Below, one piece after another: positions 58,579 through 64,000 of a stretch of DNA of 64,000 nucleotides; the stretch's first letter is position 1, and every line of letters begins with the position of its first letter. Made by a program: the position numbers and the translations under genes. Origin of the DNA: Alphaproteobacteria bacterium (GTDB lineage: Bacteria > Pseudomonadota > Alphaproteobacteria > MPNO01); assembly GCA_965248835.1 (NCBI GenBank), contig CBDFLJ010000002.1, positions 2,368,001 to 2,432,000 of the forward strand. The letters are read 5' to 3'. The notes below the pieces were generated by a model. That model saw nothing but the letters and a program-made list of their open reading frames with translations, did no database searches and was not told the origin of the DNA.

Positions 58579-59321
58579 TGGGCACAGCAATCGTGACAGG
58601 CGCAGCCAGCGGCATCGGACGGGCCACGGCGGAGCGGCTGGCCAGGCGCATGACGGTCGCTGCGGCCGACCGGGACACGGCCGGACTCGCCCGGACGGTG
58701 GACGCGATCGAGGCCGAGGGCGGCAAGGCCATCCCGATCGAGGTTGACGTCGCCGACGGGAAATCGGTGCGCGACATGATGGAACAGGTCGATGCGATCG
58801 GCGATCCGGTCGAGGCCGCCCTCCTCGCCGCCGGCATCTTCATCAAGGGCCCGGTCGATACGATTACCGAAGACGACTGGGACCGGATGATCGACACCCA
58901 CGCCAAGGGCACGTTTCTGTGCTGCCAGGCGGTGCTGTCGCGCATGGTGCCGCGCGGCGCGGGCGCGATCGTGACCATGTCCTCGGACTTCGCGGTGATG
59001 GCGGTACCCAACGGGGCCGCCTATTGCGCGGCCAAGTCGGCGATCTATTCGATGACCAAGTCTCTGGCGCTCGAGTTCGCCGGCAACGGCATCAGGGTGA
59101 ATACGCTGGGACCCGGGCCGATCGACACGCCGATCCTGCGCTCGGGCCGCAGCGAGGACGAATACCGGCAGGCCCGGGTGTCGATCGCCGAGCGCCTGCC
59201 CTTGGGCCGGCTCGGCCGGCCCGAGGAAGTCGCCGCGTGCGCCGATTTCCTGCTGAGCGAGCGGGCATCCTACATCAACGGCCAGATCATCCACCCCAAC
59301 GGCGGCCAGCAGACCTGGTAG
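58578..59321 (+). CDS. SDR family oxidoreductase
   Basis: TGAASGIG, YCAAK. Confidence 0.93.
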   Translation: MGTAIVTGAASGIGRATAERLARRMTVAAADRDTAGLARTVDAIEAEGGKAIPIEVDVADGKSVRDMMEQVDAIGDPVEAALLAAGIFIKGPVDTITEDDWDRMIDTHAKGTFLCCQAVLSRMVPRGAGAIVTMSSDFAVMAVPNGAAYCAAKSAIYSMTKSLALEFAGNGIRVNTLGPGPIDTPILRSGRSEDEYRQARVSIAERLPLGRLGRPEEVAACADFLLSERASYINGQIIHPNGGQQTW

Positions 59322-59331
59322 GCATACTGCG

Positions 59332-60363
59332 ATGCGCCTGGGGATCTGGACACCGTTGCCGCACACCGTCCGGGTCGAGCCCGAGATGGCGGTTGCGATC
59401 GAGGAGCTGTCCCACCAGGGAAAGGGCGGGGCGTCGGACCGTTCGCTGGGCCTTGCGCTCGCGCTGGTCAAGCGGGCCGAGGAGTTGGGTTTCGCGACCA
59501 CCCTGATCGCCGAGCGCCACCTGGGGCCGGATCTCGAGGCCTGGATCATGGCCGCGGCGATGATCGCCGAGACCTCCACCATCGAGCTGATGGTTGCGGC
59601 CCATCCCGGCATCGTCCACCCCCAGCTCGCGGCCAAGATGGGGGCGAGTCTGGACCGCATCAGCGGCGGACGGTTCGCGATCAACGTGGTCAACGGCTGG
59701 TTCCAGAAGGAGTTCGAGGTCTTCGGCAACGATTCCTGGCTCGACCACAGCGAGGCGCGCTATTGCCGCATGGGCGAGTTCATGCAGGTCCTCAAGGGGC
59801 TGTGGTGCGAGGACGGCTTCGACTTCGACGGCGCCTATTTCCGGCTCGTCGACGCGGTCCTGCCGATCAAGACCCTCCAGGTCCCCAACCCGCCGATCTA
59901 TGCCGCAAGCAGCGCCCGGCAAGGAATGGATCAGGTCGCCCGCCACGCCGATGTCTGGTTCGTCGGCTACGAGCCCGGCTTCGACAGCGCCGCGCAGAAT
60001 ATCGAGCGCATCGCCCGCGACGTCGCGCACATGCGCGAACGCAGCGCCGCGTACGGCCGCACGTTGCGGTTCGGAATCAGCGCCCACGTGATCTGCACCG
60101 AGAACCGCAAGGAGGCCGTCAGCCAGGCCCGCGCGCTGGAGGCCTACGGCGCGCAGGACCGGATCGCTCTGGTCGCGGCCAAGGGCCTCGGGGCGGGACT
60201 CGTCGGCACGCCCGATGACATTGTCGAACGCCTGAGCGCGCTCCATCAGATCGGCATCGAGACCCCGATGGTCCATTTCTACCCGATGCGCGACGGGCTG
60301 GAGACATTCGCCAGGGAGATCGTGCCGCGCCTGCCGAATTCGCAACCCTCGGGGTGCGGGTGA
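59332..60363 (+). CDS. Luciferase-like (LLM, SsuD-like) flavin monooxygenase
   Basis: AEELGF..TLIAE, LDRISGGRFAINVVNGW, LVGTPDDI. Confidence 0.9.
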   Translation: MRLGIWTPLPHTVRVEPEMAVAIEELSHQGKGGASDRSLGLALALVKRAEELGFATTLIAERHLGPDLEAWIMAAAMIAETSTIELMVAAHPGIVHPQLAAKMGASLDRISGGRFAINVVNGWFQKEFEVFGNDSWLDHSEARYCRMGEFMQVLKGLWCEDGFDFDGAYFRLVDAVLPIKTLQVPNPPIYAASSARQGMDQVARHADVWFVGYEPGFDSAAQNIERIARDVAHMRERSAAYGRTLRFGISAHVICTENRKEAVSQARALEAYGAQDRIALVAAKGLGAGLVGTPDDIVERLSALHQIGIETPMVHFYPMRDGLETFAREIVPRLPNSQPSGCG

Positions 60364-60394
60364 CGGCCGGCCGCGCGTTCGATAAGGTGGGCGC

Positions 60395-61585
60395 ATGAGA
60401 CGAAGCGAAGATCGAATTCTCACCACCCATGTCGGGAGTCTCATCCGCCCGCAGGAGATCAAGGACCATCTGCTCGCCAAGCAGGCGGGCGGATACGACG
60501 AGGCGGCGCATCGCCGCAGCCTCACCAGGGCGGTTGCCGAGGTGGTACGCGGGCAGGCCGATGTCGGGGTCGACGTCGTCAGCGACGGCGAGTTCGGCAA
60601 GGGGATAAGCTGGTCTCAATATATGCTCGAGCGGCTCAGCGGTTTCGAGCGCCGGTTCCTCGACAAGGGCGCGCCGGACCCCTATGCATCCGGTGCCGAC
60701 CGCGCGCGCTTCCCCGAGTTCTACCGCGAGATGGATGAGGCCGACGCGCAGACATCGCGGAGCGACGGCGGCGCCGTCAAGGCCGAATCGATCTGCGTGG
60801 GGCCGATAAGCTACACCGGCCAGGCCGAACTGCAACGCGACATCGACAACCTGAAGGCGGCGATCGGCTCGGTCGACGTGGAAGAGGCTTTCCTGCCGGT
60901 CGCCGCACCTGCCAGCGCCATACCGGACCGGCGCAACGAATACTATGCGACCAACGAAGAATGCGTGTTCGCGCTCGCCGAGGCGATGCGCACCGAATAC
61001 AAGACCATTGTCGATGCCGGGCTGCTGGTGCAGATCGACGACGCGCGCGCGGCGGTCACCTTTGACCGAATGGTCCCGCCTGCCGGCAAGCAGGAATTCC
61101 TGTCGTGGCTGGCGATGCATATGGAAGCCCTCAACCATGCGATCGCGGGCATACCGGCGGAACGCATCCGCTATCACGTCTGCTGGGGAAGTTGGCCCGG
61201 GCCGCATACAACGGACGTTCCGCTGAAGGATATCCTCGACCTGATCCTGTCGGTCAATGCGGGCGCTTATGTCATCGAGGGCGCAAATCCGCGCCACGAG
61301 CACGAGTGGCTGGTGTGGCAGGACGCGAAGCTGCCCGACGGCAAGCTGCTGATCCCCGGGGTCATCAGCCACGCCACCAATGTGGTCGAACATCCCGAAC
61401 TCGTCGCCGAACGGATCGTCCGCCTCGCCAAGCTGGTGGGGCGCGAGAACGTGATCGGCAGCACCGATTGCGGCTTCGCCCAAGGTCCGTTCCATCGGCG
61501 CGTGCATCCCAGCATCATGTGGGCGAAGCTGGGGGCATTGGCCGCGGGCGCCGAGCTCGCCACCCGGGAGCTGTGGAAGCGGTAA
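60395..61585 (+). CDS. Cobalamin-independent methionine synthase II-like (single-barrel) protein
   Basis: TTHVGSL, SDGEFGK, HVCWG, EGANPRHEHEW, DCGF. Confidence 0.9.
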   Translation: MRRSEDRILTTHVGSLIRPQEIKDHLLAKQAGGYDEAAHRRSLTRAVAEVVRGQADVGVDVVSDGEFGKGISWSQYMLERLSGFERRFLDKGAPDPYASGADRARFPEFYREMDEADAQTSRSDGGAVKAESICVGPISYTGQAELQRDIDNLKAAIGSVDVEEAFLPVAAPASAIPDRRNEYYATNEECVFALAEAMRTEYKTIVDAGLLVQIDDARAAVTFDRMVPPAGKQEFLSWLAMHMEALNHAIAGIPAERIRYHVCWGSWPGPHTTDVPLKDILDLILSVNAGAYVIEGANPRHEHEWLVWQDAKLPDGKLLIPGVISHATNVVEHPELVAERIVRLAKLVGRENVIGSTDCGFAQGPFHRRVHPSIMWAKLGALAAGAELATRELWKR

Positions 61586-61598
61586 CCCGCTAGCCGGC

Positions 61599-62375
61599 CT
61601 AGGCTTCGGCGCCCTCCTCGCCGCCCATCGCGGCAGCAATGGCGTGGTGGCGGTCGGCGAGCCAGTCGGAGTCGGCCCGGTCTTCGGGGCGGACGGCGAC
61701 CTCGATGGCGACCTTGGCCGGGGCGGCGAGCACCAGGACGCGGTCGGCCATCTCCAGCGCGTCGTCGATGCGGTGGGTGATCAGGACGCAGGTCTTGCCG
61801 AGGCGGCGCACCAGCTCCGTGAAATCCGCGCGCAGCGTCTTGGAGGTGACGTGGTCGAGCTGGCTGAAGCTCTCGTCCAGCAGCACCAGCGCCGGATCGA
61901 CGCACAGCGCGCGGGCGAGCGAGACCCGCTGGCGCATGCCGCCGGACAGCTCGTGCGGGTACTTCCTGACATTCTCCTCGCCGAAGATCTTGACGTTTTC
62001 CAGCCAGTCGATCGCCTGCTTGCGCTGGAAGTCCTTGTCATGGCCGAGGATCTCCAGCCCCAGCGCGACGTTCTCCCAGGCCGTGCGCCAGGGCAGCAGG
62101 CGGTCGGTCTGAAAGCTGACCGCAAGCTTGCCGCGCAGTTCGCGGAACTGGTTGTAGGGGTCCAGCCCCTCGACCCGCACGGTGCCTCGGGTCGGCTCCA
62201 TGACGCCCATGATCATGTGCAGCGCGGTCGACTTGCCGGCGCCTGTCCGGCCCAGCAGCGCCACGATCTCGCCTTCCATCACCTCGAACGAGAGGTCAAG
62301 CACCGCCGCGTGCGCGCCGAAATACTTGTCCACCCGGTCGATCTCGATGACCGCGCGGCCGTTCGCACCGTTCAT
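61599..62375 (-). CDS. NitT/TauT-type ABC ATP-binding protein
   Basis: GRTGAGKS, LSGGMRQR, LLDE. Confidence 0.93.
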   Translation of the reverse strand: MNGANGRAVIEIDRVDKYFGAHAAVLDLSFEVMEGEIVALLGRTGAGKSTALHMIMGVMEPTRGTVRVEGLDPYNQFRELRGKLAVSFQTDRLLPWRTAWENVALGLEILGHDKDFQRKQAIDWLENVKIFGEENVRKYPHELSGGMRQRVSLARALCVDPALVLLDESFSQLDHVTSKTLRADFTELVRRLGKTCVLITHRIDDALEMADRVLVLAAPAKVAIEVAVRPEDRADSDWLADRHHAIAAAMGGEEGAEA

Positions 62376-63187
62376 CGCACGGTCACCTCGGGGCGCCATT
62401 TGAGCAGCCGCTTCTCGGCCCGGGCGACGATTGCCTGGACGCCGAGATTGACGATCACCAGCAGGATGGTCCAGCCGATCACACCCTGCATGTTGAGCTC
62501 GTCCTGGGCGAGGCCCATGCGCGCGCCCATGCCGGTATTGACGCTGACCAGCTCGGCGAATGCCGTCATTCGTGCCGCATAGCCGATGATCGACTTGGTG
62601 GTCATCAGGATGTAGGGGACCACGTGGGGCAGGATCAGAAGGCGAAAGACCTGCCAGCGGCTCGGCCGGAAGGTCTCCACCACCTCGACCAGATCGGTCG
62701 ACAGCGCCTTGATGCCGTCATAGACGTTGAGCGCGTAGAACGGGATCAGTATCACGCCGAGGATGAAAAAGACCCGCTCCTCGGTGCCCCTGAACCAGAA
62801 GATCGCAAACAGCATCCAGGACAGCGCCGGCACGCCGGTGAAGATGACGATGATGGCCTTGAGGTACGGTTCGGCCGTCTTCGACATGCCCATGACCGCG
62901 CCGATCATGCTGCCGATGACCAGCGAGAAGGCGACTGCGAAGACCAGCCGCAGGATCGTGGTGATGATGTGGATGTAGTCCTCGGCCAGGATCGTGAGGA
63001 TCTCGGCCCCGGTCAGCAGAGAGGACGGCATGATGTAGACCGGGGCGGCCCAGCTCCAGGCCTCCATGCCGAAGACGATCGCCGCGATGACGACGATGCT
63101 GGCGAAGAAGTCGCGCCGGAAATAGTTGCGTTCTGCCGCGCCTGAGACGGGCTCCGGGCCGGCGGCCGGATCGATCCGCGTGCTCAT
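62372..63187 (-). CDS. NitT/TauT-type ABC permease
   Basis: Six TM, VPALSW, AELVSVNTGMG. Confidence 0.9.
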   Translation of the reverse strand: MSTRIDPAAGPEPVSGAAERNYFRRDFFASIVVIAAIVFGMEAWSWAAPVYIMPSSLLTGAEILTILAEDYIHIITTILRLVFAVAFSLVIGSMIGAVMGMSKTAEPYLKAIIVIFTGVPALSWMLFAIFWFRGTEERVFFILGVILIPFYALNVYDGIKALSTDLVEVVETFRPSRWQVFRLLILPHVVPYILMTTKSIIGYAARMTAFAELVSVNTGMGARMGLAQDELNMQGVIGWTILLVIVNLGVQAIVARAEKRLLKWRPEVTVR

Positions 63188-63205
63188 GCCCCGCGCGCCG
63201 GCCGC

Positions 63206-64000
63206 TCAGGCCGCGAAATAGGACTCCGGCAGCTTTTGCGGCAGGGCGCCGGCCTTGCGCATGATCTCGGCGGCGAAATGGACGTCCTCGCGGTTCCTGC
63301 TCTCCGACATCGGCCGCATCTTGAACTGCATCCGGCCCGAATCCATCGCTGTCTTGAGGATCTCGGACTTGATCCGCACCGAAGGGCCGAGCGCTTGGAA
63401 ATCCGCCGGGTTGGACATGATCCACTCGAAGCAGTCGGTATAGACCTTGATCGCGCGCGCAATGGTGTCGGCCGGCACTTCGCCCAGCGCCTTGCTGTTG
63501 ATGGCGATGCAGAAATAGGGCTGATCGCGGCCGGTGTGGCTGCGGTAGAAATCGTTGATGTTGAGGAACACCTTGGAACCCGGGATCTTGTGCAAACCGG
63601 TCGACAGCGCGTGCTCCCACACGATCGCGGCATCGGCGCGCTCGGCGGCCACGATGCTGATCGTCGCCGGCGGGTTGGGCGCATTCTGGATGCGCACGTC
63701 CTTGTCGAAATCGATGCCGCCGAAGACCTTGGCCCAGGTCTTGGCCATCTTGAAGGTGCCCGAGGCCTGCATCGCGGCCACGGTCTTGCCCTTCAGCTCA
63801 TCCAGCGAGCTCGGCCCGTCCTTGCGCGCGAAGATGCCGGCCAGGGTGCCGGTCGAGACGATGCCGATGACCTGCATCGGCGCACCCTTCATGTGCATCT
63901 TGGCGAACGAGTCCCAGGTGCCGACGCCGATCTGGAAATTGCCCTTCAGGAAATCGGCGTAGTAGGTCCCCAGCCGGTTGTAGACGCGGAAGGAATCGAA
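63206..64000 (-). CDS. NitT/TauT-type ABC substrate-binding protein, 5' end beyond window
   Basis: SLDELKGKTVA, ADAAIVWE; upstream of permease. Confidence 0.85.
   Translation of the reverse strand, partial: FDSFRVYNRLGTYYADFLKGNFQIGVGTWDSFAKMHMKGAPMQVIGIVSTGTLAGIFARKDGPSSLDELKGKTVAAMQASGTFKMAKTWAKVFGGIDFDKDVRIQNAPNPPATISIVAAERADAAIVWEHALSTGLHKIPGSKVFLNINDFYRSHTGRDQPYFCIAINSKALGEVPADTIARAIKVYTDCFEWIMSNPADFQALGPSVRIKSEILKTAMDSGRMQFKMRPMSESRNREDVHFAAEIMRKAGALPQKLPESYFAA

Noticed and set aside
1-64000. CRISPR array, rRNA or intact tRNA
   Set aside because: No regularly spaced repeats or complete structural RNA genes were seen by eye.

Overview
High-GC, Alphaproteobacteria-like (inferred) accessory region built from catabolic and transport modules separated by decayed insertion sequences. 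In order: a MarR/EmrAB efflux unit; two amidases; an integrase + IS91-type (Y2) transposase element; a TRAP operon followed by UbiD and dihydroxyphthalate-decarboxylase relics; an IS-rich zone (13.9-24.9 kb: two IS1380, IS21/IS6/IS3 ends, resolvase and TIR relics, a Cys-rich secreted protein, a molybdopterin oxidoreductase); a GntR-type unit (divergent PanB-like enzyme, DUF6166-like protein, TRAP, PhyH dioxygenase, desaturase); narK1 plus an IS3-truncated narK2; and a ~26 kb aromatic/heterocycle catabolic cluster ending in a NitT/TauT-type ABC transporter cut by the window edge. The most unusual signal is a set of 20-23 nt CTTGA...TCAAG hairpins lying in frame inside transposase genes. Two near-identical copies interrupt conserved motifs of one IS1380 transposase, and an intact paralog in the same window lacks them. 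All calls are by motif recognition; no database searches were run.
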